Part shown: piece after piece, positions 38,495-51,800 of the stretch
Layout: each line of letters opens with the position of its first letter
Position numbering within the stretch: position 1 is the stretch's first letter
NCBI GenBank assembly: GCA_027604505.1
Contig: JADIIX010000076.1
Location: forward strand, 1-64,000
Source of the DNA: Gonapodya sp. JEL0774
Taxonomy: Eukaryota
Length of the DNA: 64,000 nucleotides
Direction: 5' to 3'
Notes under the pieces: model-generated
The model's database searches: none
What the model was told of the DNA's origin: nothing
What the model saw: the letters and a program-made list of their open reading frames with translations, nothing else
Made by a program: the position numbers and the translations under genes

Positions 38495-41400
38495 ATGACA
38501 CGTCCAGCTCCTGTTTCGAAATCGTCGCAAGATGATGAAGCACCTCCACCACCCAGGATGTTGCCTCCTCACCTTCTGCACCACGCTCTCTGGAATCGCA
38601 CACAGAACCTGAGACTGATCACCAGGATCGTGTAAGGGATGTTTCATCCGTTAGATTCTTTGGGAAGGGGGAAGCTGCTTGATGTTTTGAATTTCGCACA
38701 AGTGTCGTCACAGATGCGGAAAGCGTTATAAAATTCACACCCTGAGTCAATATCTAAAATAAAGTCGGAATTCCTGCGCAACAGGATGCCAGCACACACA
38801 CTAGATCTGCACTCTTTCCACCACTGCTTCCAGGGGGGAGCCGTGCGCTGAGAACAAAGCCTTTGGGGAGGTAGGAGGAAAATGGACCACTCCCAAGCAA
38901 CCTTGGCAGGTGAAGTTCTGGTGGCTTCGCATTTCTGCAAGTTGTTCATTCTGAAGCACGCTATTTCCGGAATTGCTCGCGAAACCAAAGAACTCTACCT
39001 CCTTATCTACTCCTTTCTCGATGCTGGACCATTTCGAGGAGCGGCTGAGATTCTTCGTGAGGGATTGGAGACCCAACAACGTCAGATTCTCGCGGATCAC
39101 TTGATCGCCGAGTCTGCGGACTCTACGAATCGGTCCCAAAAAGCATCTGGCGCGCAGCAAATGTTGGGAGATATTCCTTTTTTGGATGAAAGGAGTGGGC
39201 TTGTCTCGAGCAGCTCGCAGTGCTTGTTGCCTCCACGGTTTGACTGGAAGGGAATTGCACATATCAGAACTTTGCCGGAAGTTGTGAGTGCGATTGCTTT
39301 TATCAAAATCTGTTATCTAGTCGATGTGAACTTCGGGCTCTGTCGCATTCACGTAGTTGCGAACGAAATCCCTGAACAATGTAAGTTTAAAAAGGCCCAT
39401 TTCCTCCAGAGATTTTACATTGACACAGCTCCCACACGAACAACGCTATTCAAAAAAGTCGGCTGAGCAACCGCATCTACTTCGAATTCTCTCACATTTG
39501 ACGTCTGTCGTGAACAAATTCCTCCCACCTAATGCCCCTGGACTTCAGTCATTGCTTGCACCACCTCATTCGTCGAATTCCTTTCTCCGTTTTTCGAGCG
39601 TACATGGCTTGGGATCTTACGCACCTGGAAGTCCTCGTAAGGGGGAACCAGGTTCGCCACTCCACTACAGGACAGAGCCCGGTGGTAGAGCTCGAGTGTC
39701 ACCGTCGACGGCGGTGTTGGGATTTGATGGCCGGGGACCGCTCATCACAAGTCCAAGTATGATTTCATATGTGTATGCGTATTCATGTGGCTGTGCTTAT
39801 GTCCGCCCCAGTACTCCGTTGTTTAGGTAGCCAAGCTGGCGGTCCGATTCCTCGACAAAAAAAGCCTCTACCTTTTGTGTACTCTATGTTTCAAAAGGTA
39901 ATAAGAGGAAGATCTCTCTGTGCAGTGGAATGCGATTGAGCACTGACGTTTTGTCGCAATTGTTCCTAGGTTCTCAAGGTACAAGGTCATGTTCAAGCAG
40001 TGTATTGTGCTATCTTTGATAGAACAGGAAATCGCTTCATCACTGTTTGTTATAGAGTGCGTTTTTTTCTCCTATACTTGAAGCTTATCACGGGTTGCTT
40101 CTTGAACCACAGGGCAGCGACGACTACCTAGTTAAAATCTGGTCTGCCCGTTCGGGTTGGATCATCCACACATTAAGAGGACACACGTCGGAGATCATCG
40201 ATTTAGCAGTCAATTACGAGAATACGCTGCTGGCTTCTGCATCAAACGACGACACAATCCGAATATGGCATCTTAAAACCGGCGAACCCGCCACAGTCCT
40301 TCGGATCCCTTCTCTGGCTCATAACCACCATCAAAGGCGTGGATTTACCTCACTCGCTTGGAGTCCCTCCCCTCTGCCGAGCATGAGAGTATTGCTCGCG
40401 ACGGCACGCGATGGTACTGCACGTCTGTGGCGCTGGGATTCCGATTTGTTAACATTTAATCCTGAGGTGAGGTTGATACCAGGTTTGCTCTCGCAAATTT
40501 TTGAGTTAAGATAATGCTTCTGGCGATTGCTAGGCGATAGTCTTGGACTGCAAGACTCTGGCACGAGATGAGGCACGATTTGGAGATTTCAATTCTACGG
40601 GAACTCGTTTCGTCGTCGGGGGCACGGACGGCCTTCTTCGCTTGTTTAGTTTGACGCCAACTTCTGTGGAAAAAGCCTTCGACCCGAACTACCGCATTGA
40701 AAACGCCACTTTGCTCGCGGTTTTAGGGGACCTGGAAGGAACCGGCCACAAGGGGTACATCACTGCGGTCTTTTTCAGTAATCATGGGGAGCGAATAGCC
40801 AGCAGTGGCTTGGATGGAAATATCATTCTGTGGTCATGGGACGTGAAAGAAAGAAAATGGAGGGAGCTTTTAAGTGTGTTCAAGTGCGGAGTTGAATGTG
40901 TTAATGACCATAGACCAATTTCTTTCTGGTGCAGTATCTTTACTGAATTGCAATGATCTTGGTGCTATTCCGGAGGCTCTCGATGACGCTCTTGAACAAG
41001 ACGAGCCTTTGCAGAATGAGCCTTTGCCAAGTGATCATCCCTCAGACCACTTCGATTTGGACCATGCTCTTGCGTTACAGCTCGCTGACACTGAGCCGAA
41101 CATTAATTTGCCCCCAAATGTCTCTATGTTATATCCATCAGGGAGCGGTTCCGCGATGGGACCGGGATCATCCACACAGAGTGATGTTGCTCGAGCATCA
41201 CATGATATCGATGAAGTCTCTTTTCCGAATTCGGGACTGATCCAGATCTCAACGGAATCTAATGCAACCGGCTCAAGCTCAGTGGAATGTGATGCTGCAC
41301 TGGCCAAGACCGCGTTTGAGAATGATTCACATGGTGTGAGGCCTGCATCCGTTAGTGGTGAAAATGCCGCGGTTGAAGTAAAAGCCTTCGATGAAGTGGA

Positions 41401-44400
41401 CGCTTTTGGAGTAACTGCACAAACTATCCCGAATAGTGCCACCGCATTTGAAGATTCACGCGCAGACATTCCGGGGACCAGGTCCGAGCAAAGTGTCCTG
41501 CCGCATACTGAAGATGTTATCTCAGTCCCGAGTGCAACAACTAACCGGCGAATATTTCTGCGACGTACTGGACAGGCTGCCGGAACTGTCGTTGCTGCCG
41601 CGGAAGAATCTTTCATGCCGTCAGAAAGACGTCACTTGCGTTCTAGAAGAAACTTGCAGAATCTCACGCTGTCTGCTCCTCAGACAGCGGACGTGAACCC
41701 TGCCGAGAATCTAGAGAATGTTTCATTGCTTACCGGACGTTCAAGGACGGCTGCACGGACGAACGTGCAGTCAAACCAGAAGACAGCAAAAGTAACGATG
41801 ATAGCCTGGAGCTTGGACGATTCCATCATTATTGTCGCGTGCTCAGACTTTAAATTGCGAGTGAGTCTTCTTCTTTTGGACAACTACGAAAAGTTTGTGC
41901 TGATCCTCTCGAATAACATGAGCAGACGTTTGATTCAGCGACAGGCAATTATTTGCGATCCTTCAAGTACCACACAAGTGACGTTTACAACATCGATGTG
42001 CACCCCTTTGATAACTCGATTTTTCTGAGTGGTGGTTGGGATGGCTTTATATGCCTGTGGAACATGGATACTGGGAAGATGATTTCAGGTGTGATGAGAA
42101 TCTTTCTGATTTGAACTTTCATCAATTACTTGTGCCAACCATTTTGTGCATTGGTGTCTGCTTTCAAGCTCTGGATCTCGAAGCTGCAGTGCTTGATGCG
42201 CGCTTCAGCCCAGATGGTCTTTCAATCGTCGCATCGGACTACGAGAATTTCTGTACCATATTCTCAGTTGATTCGAAGCCCGAGAATTTTGCTGATGTTC
42301 CACAAGAGCAGTTTTTTACATCTGACTATGATCAAATTCGAGTGGACGCTCAGTTTCATGTCATTGACGAGAACTCGCAACTCCCACCGCACCGAATGGC
42401 GAGGACGAACGTTTGCAACTTAACGTACACACCATGGCCTCAGTATAGGGATCCGAATATTGGTTTGGAGTTGGGGATTGAGCTCCCGAAAGGCCAGGCT
42501 GAGCTGGAGGCAGGTTCGAAAATTGCACAATTGCAGAAAGACCTGCCAAGAATTATCGGGCAGGAGCGAGGAATCCAGACGTGAGTGTTGAGCTCGGCCT
42601 CTAGACAGGCCCTATTCGGCTCAGATTTTTCCTTTCTCCTCGCAGACTTACCACACCCAAAAAGAACGATCGCAGGCACGGACGAAAGCGCCGAGATTTC
42701 CATGAGTCGGATGACGAAGAGGAATTTATCACGTTCGACTTCGCAGCAGCCTTGCCGATGGCTGATTCCAGTGGTGATGAGTGGACAGACGGCGGAGACG
42801 GTTCGGATAAGGACTCAGACTCGGATGAGGAGTTTGTAGGACCCTCTGATGAAGAGTCTGCGCGACGCAAGAGCCGTCGCTCGGCAAAGAAGAAGATCCA
42901 AAAAAGGAAGCAACGGGACCGTTCGAGGAAAAGTGAGAGAAGGACCTATCGAGAAAGTTCCAACGAGCAAGAATTCGGAGGAGAGCTTCTCGAGTCAGAT
43001 GGCCAACAGTCAAGTGGACGCCGTAACAAACGCGTCCAAGGCAATAAATCGGGAAGTGATAAGCGGCCAGTGGAAGATTTTCTTCCGAGTGATTGGATCA
43101 AAGCGGCAGTGCCGAAACACACACCTTATCGCCCACAAATTGGTGACCAAGTGGTCTACCTTAAAGAAGGACACAGCGACTTTTTGCATACAGTATTCGA
43201 ACGGGAGAGCTTGGACATCTCGCTCCTTCCTCGTCCAGACTCCAGGTACCTTCCTTGGGTCAAGTATCCTAACCTACCTCCAGTTGTCTTTTGCACTGTG
43301 CGCAGTGTCTCTTTTAGATCTGGACCCCCCGCAATCTGTCAGGTCAGCTTGGAAGTTTGGGAGGTGGATGCCAGGGTTGCCGACAATGATTCCCCCATCA
43401 ATCCTCACTGGACATCCCTTTTGCTTCCTGCGAGTGAAAGCCTGTTTCCAACGACGCGCCGTATTGATGTCAAGTTTTTCGACGCGGCAGATGTTGCCGA
43501 TTTCATCATCCTCCGCGAACATTACGTGTGGTCAATGACAGCACAGTACATCGAAGGAGAAAAAGTACTAGCTTTCTTTGCAGACGACAGTGAATACGGA
43601 GCAGTCATACTAAGCACTAGCGCTCGCTTGGAGTCACATCCACCGGAAGACCTTGGAGCCACTGGGAAGAAAACGCGATACTCTCTAAGGTCCGATGGTT
43701 TGTCTCAAGAGCCCGAGTTATCGCACACGAAGTATGGCGTGATATGGGCTGAAAATGTGAGCCCGTGGAACTGCTTCTTGATCAGATGGTATTTGAATCT
43801 CAATCGCAAAGCACTTGTGAGTGTCCCTCAATTAATCAGAAAAAATCCCCACAGGGAATCTGGAGACACAGTGGGGGAAGAAACCAGTACGTTTAGCCCG
43901 TGGGAAATCCGCAAACCCGATCGTGATCTCGCAGTTCAATCTGACCGGTTGAGTGAACAAGGTGCTGTGAATTGTTTCGCTGATTATTTTCAGCGAGCAC
44001 CCACGGTTCTTCGTTTCAGAACGTGAAGCTGCATTGAATATCTTGAGCGAGGCCATCGATAAAGATGACTTTGCAGTTTTCGTGGAGCGAGTCAGGCACG
44101 AAGACTACCCGGATTACTATAGGGAAATCGCCTACCCCGTGTATCTCAATCTCGTGCAAGCTCGTTTAACGAATGGCTTTTACCGGAGATTTGAGGTGAA
44201 TTCCTTACAAGGGGCTGTACGAAGTATGCAGACTTCCAACATACAGTTTCAGGCGTTCATTTATGACATCAAAATGATTCAAGCGAATGCCAAGAAGTAC
44301 AACTCGGAGGGAACTCATGTTTTTGAGCTGGCTAAGAACGAGTTTGGCGCATTTATCAAAAGGTGTCAGGGTGGGTGATTGCTTTAGCCATCTCCCCATC

Positions 44401-45257
44401 AAATACTCGCAACGAGCAACTTTACCCAACATAGATCTCAAACCACCTGAACGAGTCATTTTCGTAACTCCTTCGTCATTGCCAAGGTTTGCTTCGAGTG
44501 TTGCGGGTCCTAGCACTGCGGAAAGAGGTGTGACAAAAAGACCTCACACCGACGACGATCTGAGGGAAGGGCCTTCCGACGGTGAAATGCCCAAAAAGCG
44601 TTTGAGATTCAAATTGGGATCGGGATACGATGAAATCGTCACTGTGAGTTATACCATATAACTCACGGGGCTTTCCGAGCTCCTGAACTTTTCCTTCTGT
44701 GGCTCCAGCGGCCTCCGGAAGCGACCCCCGGGAACCTGGGCTTTCGCATCGTTTTACGCTCGAGAGCTGTAGACCCATCACCTAACGATTTCTCCACGTT
44801 GCCGTCGACGGGACTTGACTCAATGGCCCAGGCTGTTCAGCCCACTAACCCGGGCGACGAAGAGGATAAAGAAGGAGAGCTCAGACAAGATTCACCTGAT
44901 GCCGAGAGTACGGTTTCTGACACTTCAATCGAGTCAACACGACCAAAAAACCGATCGCGCAATGGGGCACAGCGCAAACGTGCACGCGCTCGGGGTGCAG
45001 ACGAGGACTATGACATGGAAAGTGACGCGGAATCGGAGGAAGAAGAAGCCGAAGAAACCGATTCAGACGACGGCACCACCTCTCGATCAAGGAGAGCGAC
45101 CCGCTCGCGGAAGGCAAAAGGCAAAGGACGAGCGCTTCCGCCACGGACTACGAGAAATATTAGAGAATCTAGACCACCTTATTCGAGTCGCAAGAGCAGT
45201 CGGGCACAAAACCGGGTGAGCTACGCGGCAGACGAATCGGATACCGAATCAGAGTAG
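38495..45257 (+). CDS. BRWD1/BRWD3/PHIP-like WD40-repeat and bromodomain protein
   Basis: ELYLLIYSFLDAGP, LLPPRFDWKG, GHVQAVYCAIFDRTGNRFIT|GSDDYLVKIWS, EQFFTSDY, PYRPQIGDQVVYLKEGH, and a bromodomain DYPDYYREIAYPVYL...RLTNGFYRR...NAKKYN. The start is uncertain. Confidence 0.88.
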
Positions 45258-45415
45258 TAAATGTAAAATGTAAATATGTGTATTTGAAGGCTATTGCATC
45301 TATTTTGCTGGAAGAATTATCTCCAGTCTTGTCCTGTTGATGTGCCTTCCTCTTCACATTCAGTTTGTGGGTGTTGGGTGAAGTTTCGCTGTGTCAACTT
45401 GCGGTAATCGCAGCG

Positions 45416-46982
45416 ATGCAGGACCCGTGAGCATCAAATCTCGGAGTTTCTTCCAAAGCATCTTCGACTCGTTGTGTCCGGTCCTTCTCATTTGTGATGT
45501 TCTTCCACTCTTCTGATCGCTCTCCCCTCGAAATGAATTCCATCATCTTTTCTCACCGTACGCCCCGCTGTCACCAATCCCGCAGTCAGCAAATGTTTCT
45601 CGATCCCGCTATTCGGGATTGGGTCCTCTTTCCTATCATGATCGTCATGGTCCTGGTGGGCGTGGTGCGTCACTACATCCAGCAGATGCTCAATTCTCCG
45701 GCGAAAACTAACATCAAGGCTGTGCGGGAGCTGTGAGTTCTCAACAACACGGGATTCTTTGACTGGAGTATGCTAGGGCAAGAGCGGTCGTGATGGGAGC
45801 GCTTGTGATCCGTTGGTGTGGGACGGAAGGGGGCCAGCTGCGTGGCAATACGGGATTCAGACAAAATGAAAGCTCTGACTATTTTGAGAATTCTGAGGAT
45901 CACTGGCTGTGGAGGTATTCGGTTTTGAACACACCTACCAGACTTCTCGGACAGGCTCATTTTGGAGATGCGGCAAAACCCTCTCTCAATTGACCAATGT
46001 TTACGGAATAGTTACTGAACAGTAGCGCCTGTTCCGAATCTCGAGGTGAAGTCGCTCACGCAGATGTTGTGTATTTTCAAAGGCAAGCCCTCCAGCGTGC
46101 TGCCCGCCTTCGCATGTGTTACGGTCAAATCCCACCGACCTCGTTCGAACTCCGTCGTGCGAAGCTTTCTGAGGCCTTTGAGGAGGGAAAGTACCTCAAG
46201 AACCCAGCGTCGAGAACACAGGGCGCACCCGCTCCCAACCCGATGACGGACCCGCAGGGGATGGAGCAGATGATGGAGATGATGAAAAAGAATATGGCCA
46301 TGTTCATCCCACAGACGCTCATTATGAGCTGGATTACCTTCTTCTTTTCCGGTTTCGTCGCACGTGAGTCAAGTTGGATCGCTGTCGAGGTGGACGAAGA
46401 GGGGGATTCGGTTTCCGTTTTGACCCCTCCCATTTGTGATCGCCTGCCACCAGTGAAATTGCCCTTCCCTTTGACGCTTCGCTTCAAATCCATGCTTCAA
46501 CGGGGTATTGAGACAGCCGACATGGACGTTACATGGGTGTCATCTCTATCCTGGTACTTTCTCAACTTGTTTGGTCTCAGAGGTATATTTGCGCTGATCT
46601 TGGGGGAAGAGAATGGTACGTTGGCCTATCTTCGGCTGGTTTTCTTCGAGCACCTTGAAGTGGAGGTTGACTTCCCCCCTCACTCCATTGTTTCACAAAA
46701 CATATCCATTATTATTATTTTTTTGACTCCTGTCGCACCGTACCGTGGACCTGGGTTGGCCATTGATCTCCAGCTGTTGATGACATCAAAGCGATGCAGT
46801 CTTTCAGCCCTGCCGGTGCGCAAGGCCCGGGGCAACAAGACATGAGCAAGATGTTCGAAGGGGAGAAAGAACTGCTTCAGCTTATTGAACACTCGTGGGA
46901 CATGCGTGACATTGAGGAGAGGACGCTTCACAAGTGGTTGATGGAGCAGCAAGGTGGGAAAGGGCGGTTCAAAGAAGAGTAG
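45416..46982 (+). CDS. EMC3: ER membrane protein complex subunit 3
   Basis: MQDP|QQMFLDPAIRDWVLFPI, NPMTDP, IPQTLIMSWITFFFSGFV, KLPFPLTLRFKSMLQRGI, DVTWVSSLSWYFLNLFGL. The 11-nt first coding exon (45416-45426) is inferred. Confidence 0.95.
45805..45956 (+). ncRNA. Candidate intronic box H/ACA snoRNA in the long second intron of EMC3
   Basis: Putative hairpin, H box AGACAA (45859-45864), 3' hairpin 45893-45950, ACA at 45951-45953. Pocket strands are complementary to 18S AAGUCUGG and CCA(G)CAGCC. The 5' boundary is uncertain. Confidence 0.55.
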
Positions 46983-47795
46983 ATTAGACGTAACAAAAAA
47001 TTTCATTATACAAACGTGATCAAATTGCCCTTCGAGAAGTTGCAGTTTTGAAATTGAACATTGTCAGCTTGTTGGTATCTCACGGGCCACCAACCCCACC
47101 TGTGGTGGTGAGCTGATGTGGGAGGGATGGGAGTGATTTCAGGGGTAATGCTGGAATAGAGACTATGGAGTATGATATTATGGACTACGCATGTAATACA
47201 TAAGTCTTGGTTGCATGTCAACGACATGGTACAGATTTCAGATGCAAGCACACTTGCGTTTACATAAGCTGACGTGACTGAGCCTGCAATCCAGAGTCAG
47301 CACGCAAAATGAGCCAAGCACCGTTTGTAGGGAAGTTGGAGAGTGTGTTTAAATCTCCTTCAGTTTGAAAGTTCCTTGTTGTTCGCAACATCCACTGGGG
47401 TGTCCTGGGTACTAAGCAGTCGCGCCCATGCTTGGACAGCAGATCGGAGTTTTTGGGAACAAATTTTGCTTTGGACTGGATCCTCGCGGTGGCTTATTGG
47501 GCACTTTGACGGGGGAAGTGGCTTTGCCCCCCCAGCGCAACAAGTGCACATTCCCTTATACTCGACAGGGGGTCTGACCTCGGCCTCTCACCCAAAATGG
47601 CGTGGCGGGTTTCTCTCATATCCGTGCCGTGTATGATCTGTTAGCGGCATAGTCTTTGCAGTTTCAGACCGAGAGCGTGCGTGGGACTCGGACGGTGGGT
47701 GGCCCGAGCACAGACAGACACACAAATAATACGACATACAGACAAATACTCTCCCCAACACTCCACATCCATCCATCCAACAGCAGACACGAGCT

Positions 47796-48414
47796 ATGGT
47801 GAGAAGGCGTGTGAACTGGACAAACAGTGGAGCGCAGCTGGCGGCCTTGAAACAAATTATGCTGGACCCAACGATGCGCCAAATCTCACCGCTGCCTGCC
47901 TGCCCATCTCGCAGGAGCGCGCCGCACCCGTTAAACTCGCTAAAGTGATCAAGGTTCTCGGACGGACTGGCTCCCGGTGCGTTTATTTGTAGCTAGTGCT
48001 TTTCGCTCCACCCACGTTCTAAAAACTGTCGGTCTTTCTCTGTGTCTGCACCGTGGTGGATTAACGGGATGACAACACCCTTCTGCGTATTCTGGACATC
48101 TTTTCCTGGACGATCATTATCACAAACTCTTGTCCTTGTATGAATCGGGTCGCCAATCTCTTTCCACGAACCTGATATATATAAAACGCGGAAACCATGA
48201 AACTACCCAATGCCTAACGACGGTTGCATATCCGTCGCTCCACTTTCCCCCTTTCTCTTCGTTAACGAAAAACAGTGGAGGTGTCACTCAGGTCCGCGTT
48301 GAGTTCCTGGACGACACATCCCGTTCTATCATCCGGAACGTCAAAGGCCCCGTCCGAGAGAACGACATCCTCACACTCCTCGAATCTGAGCGTGAGGCTC
48401 GGAGGCTGAAGTAA
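47796..48414 (+). CDS. RPS28: 40S ribosomal protein S28 (eS28); exons 47796-47798, 47915-47976, 48276-48414
   Basis: [67 protein letters not shown]. Confidence 0.97.
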
Positions 48415-48843
48415 ACGCATGGCCACAATGGGCCGGGGTTGATGTTGGGAGCAGGCGTGAAGGGTAGAATGGAGGAAGGGAGGAATGGGCCATGGGAGGA
48501 AGGGTGGAACGGTGGAGGGGTAGAAAGGGAGGAATGGAGGAGGAGTGGAAGGGTACGAACACTCGAGGTGGTGCTGTCTGAAATTGTTGTGTTTGAATCG
48601 ACGGGCCGTCGGAGTGGTCTCGTTGGTCGCCGCGACGGTTTGCCGGCCACCTCAAAGTAACTGGCATTGAATAAATTTGCGCACTCATTGGTGATTGAAG
48701 CTTCGCTCCCTTGGAAATGTCTTTTCTTCATCTTTTGGAGTGGTGGATTCCACTGTAAGTGATCATTTGGGGTACCTGCGTTGAATGGGCCAGCAGCACG
48801 CCAGACAGAATCAGTGCTTTTGTACCCACTTTACTCGAAACCC

Positions 48844-51800
48844 ATGGCGCCCACCGACCGGATAACCGTCCTATTAACGGTTTATGAAGGCAAGTATCAT
48901 TTTCTGCTCGAATCATCCTTTGGAAGGATGCTCACTCCCAGTTTTCCCGCGATCGCCGTTCACAACCAACAACTGCCTGCACGGACTCTGTCCCTGGCGA
49001 TTTCCCCCGACATGCACTGGAATTGATGATATTGTTGCAGGTCGAAACTTCTTGAAGCGGCCCAACGGATCTTACCACATTCAATGTCGATTCAACAACG
49101 GTGTGTGTTTGAACCGACGCTTTCTCGACAACCACGGTCTCTCAGACTGATTCATCGTGCTCAAATAATTATTAAATTCTACTGCTGTTTCAGAAATCCT
49201 CACGTCGGATCCAACACCCGCCACCACCTCCCCGACGTTCGATACTGAGCTCTCCTGGCTCCTCCCCACCAAACTCCTCCACCTCCTCCGCTCACAGCGT
49301 GAAGTCGTGAAGCTCGTGTGTTATGCTACAGATGGTAAAGGCCGCCAGGACTCGGTCGGATATGTGGTGTTGGACTTGAGGACCGGCAAGGACATTCCAG
49401 GGGACCAACGCTGGTACCCTCTTCTTGGTGCGCCAAAGGGGTCCGGTGGTGGTGTTTTCAGGCCTGAAATCAAAATGGCCTTTGGCATTGGATGGACTGG
49501 AGATGAGGACAAGGTGGACGCGGATGGCGGTTTGGTCGAGGACACTCAATTGGCGGATGTGAGTGGTCGTGCCATGTTCAGTCTTTATACCCGGGGGCGG
49601 GGGAGCAGCTCGAGAATATCTCGAAAGATGCAAGAGCTTCGTGATTAGTCCTCTCACCCGTGTCTCGGTCGGTTCCACTTCTCCTGACCCTCCTGCACCA
49701 GCTGTCACCAAACTCCCAAAACAATGACATGAGCCCCGAAGAAGACAAACCAACACTCGGTCGTTCCTCTCTACCAGCTGATAGCAATCGTGTTGCTCCT
49801 TCCTCCGAGCACTCCCGGAGAGCAAGCGAGCCCGCCCCTTCTCGCGGCGCCGGCCCCCCAGAAAAACCTACGCCGTCTGCTGCTCCGATTCCGGCTTCTT
49901 CAGCACCACGAACCGCCCCGTCCCAGCCTGCCAGTCCGTCACGCGTCTTTGCGCGGGAGCCCTCACCTGCTCATTCCGGCAATGCACCTCCTCGGCAACC
50001 AAAGGTGTCCTTCCGGTTAGATGAAGCTGGTTTCTATCAAATCGGGCGAGGAACACAGCCGTTTCGGTTGTCCGTCACCATCTCACACGCACGGAATCTG
50101 GAGTCCCTGATGGACGTTGCGTCGCGCGAGTATCCTGGAGAAGCTGCTCGAGGGTGGTCTTCGGGCTTTTATTTTTACTACAGCCTTTTGGGGAACGACA
50201 TTGTTTCGGATAAGTTTGAGGACTTTCGAAATCCCGCGTTCACAGCAGATTGTGTTGCAGTATCGTTGAGGTCGTCCAAGGAAGAGATCGAGGCGTTCAT
50301 TCGACAAACAGAGCGTATCGTGGTGTATCTCTACCACGAAACTCGAGTGCTGGGATCTGTGGATATCCCTCTCACAACGCTGCTGGCGCACAAGGCGGAA
50401 GTTGAAGCTGGTGTGAGATCCGTGGAAGCCGTGTATCCGATGGCGGATGCACGGCACGATATGATTGGCGAACCGAGCAAGCGGCCAGGGGTTGGTGTTG
50501 CGCTCATGCTTGTGGAGGAGAATGAGAAAACGGTGGAGCGTTCCGGCGGGAACCCGGACCTCGAGCGCAATGCAGTTGGTTCTCCTGCAACAACTGCGGC
50601 AACAAACTTTTTGCAAAGCAATCCCTTTGCATCTCCCCCGCGAGCGTCACCTCGTGCCATCAACCCTCCCTCTGAACCCGTTCCATCTCCGACTGTTCCC
50701 AACACTACCGAACAAGTCATAACCGGAAAATCTAGTGTCTGGACTCAATACCGTCTCTCTATCGATCTTCGGTCTGTCCGAAACACACCCGCTGGTCTTA
50801 ATCTATTCTTTCGGTACTCCTATCCGGCACTTGGGACGGAATGTCGCTTTATTTCCGGAACAGCGGAAATAGCGCCGTCATTGAGCAAAGCTTCTCGCTC
50901 ACGGGAAGTGCGTGTGCAAAATGGCTATGCTGGGTTTGAGTTTGTGATGGGTGCGGACCAATTGCGGACTTTCTTGCAATCCCTACCGCTTCTTCTCGAA
51001 ACTTGGGGGAAGGATCAGGCGGGCCATGATAAAGATGTGAAGCTGGGCGATGCAGAGGTCCGATTGGGTGGGCTGTATTCTGCAAGAGAAACCCGAGAGA
51101 CAATCGAAGGTGGCCGAACCATCGGTTTGAGAACTTGGGATGGATGGGTCCCCATCCGAGACGAAACGACAAATGGGGAAGCTGGAAAGGGGAAGCGCAT
51201 TGGGGAGGTCAGAGTTGTGCTTGGGTTGGAGGATCTCGGGATCGTCGAAGAACAGGATGCGGAACTCGCAACCCGTGCTGCAATGGAAAACGACCAAGGT
51301 CGCAGTTCGTCTCCGGCAAGACAAACGGCGAGGTCCCCATCCCCACATGCTCCACGAAGGGTTCCCGACAACTCACTTGGACGAGCGTCGCCAGCCTCTT
51401 CGGATGGAATACATGATACTGCTGAATATCGCGCTGTACAGGATCTAGAACGCTGGAAGCAGATGGAAGAAACCCGATTTGTGGAGCATCTCCGATCACG
51501 TGAGACGGAGCTGCTATCCAAGTTAACAGAAGAGTGGCGGCGTCGGGAACGAGAGCGAGATTCCGCTTTAAAACGGAAAGTTGAGGAGTTTGTTCGGTTG
51601 GAACGTCAAGTTGCAGAGTTGGTTGTCAGCCTTGAGGCGAGGGAACAAAAAATTGTCCAGGCGGAAATGGACGTTCGCGCCAGGGAGGCTGAGGTTCGCT
51701 GGAGCGAGGACCGAGCTCAAAAAGCTATGGCAGAGCAAATTGCACGCATCGAGGGAGAAAATCGAACACTTCTCGAGTTGCAACAACGGAAGACAGCGGA

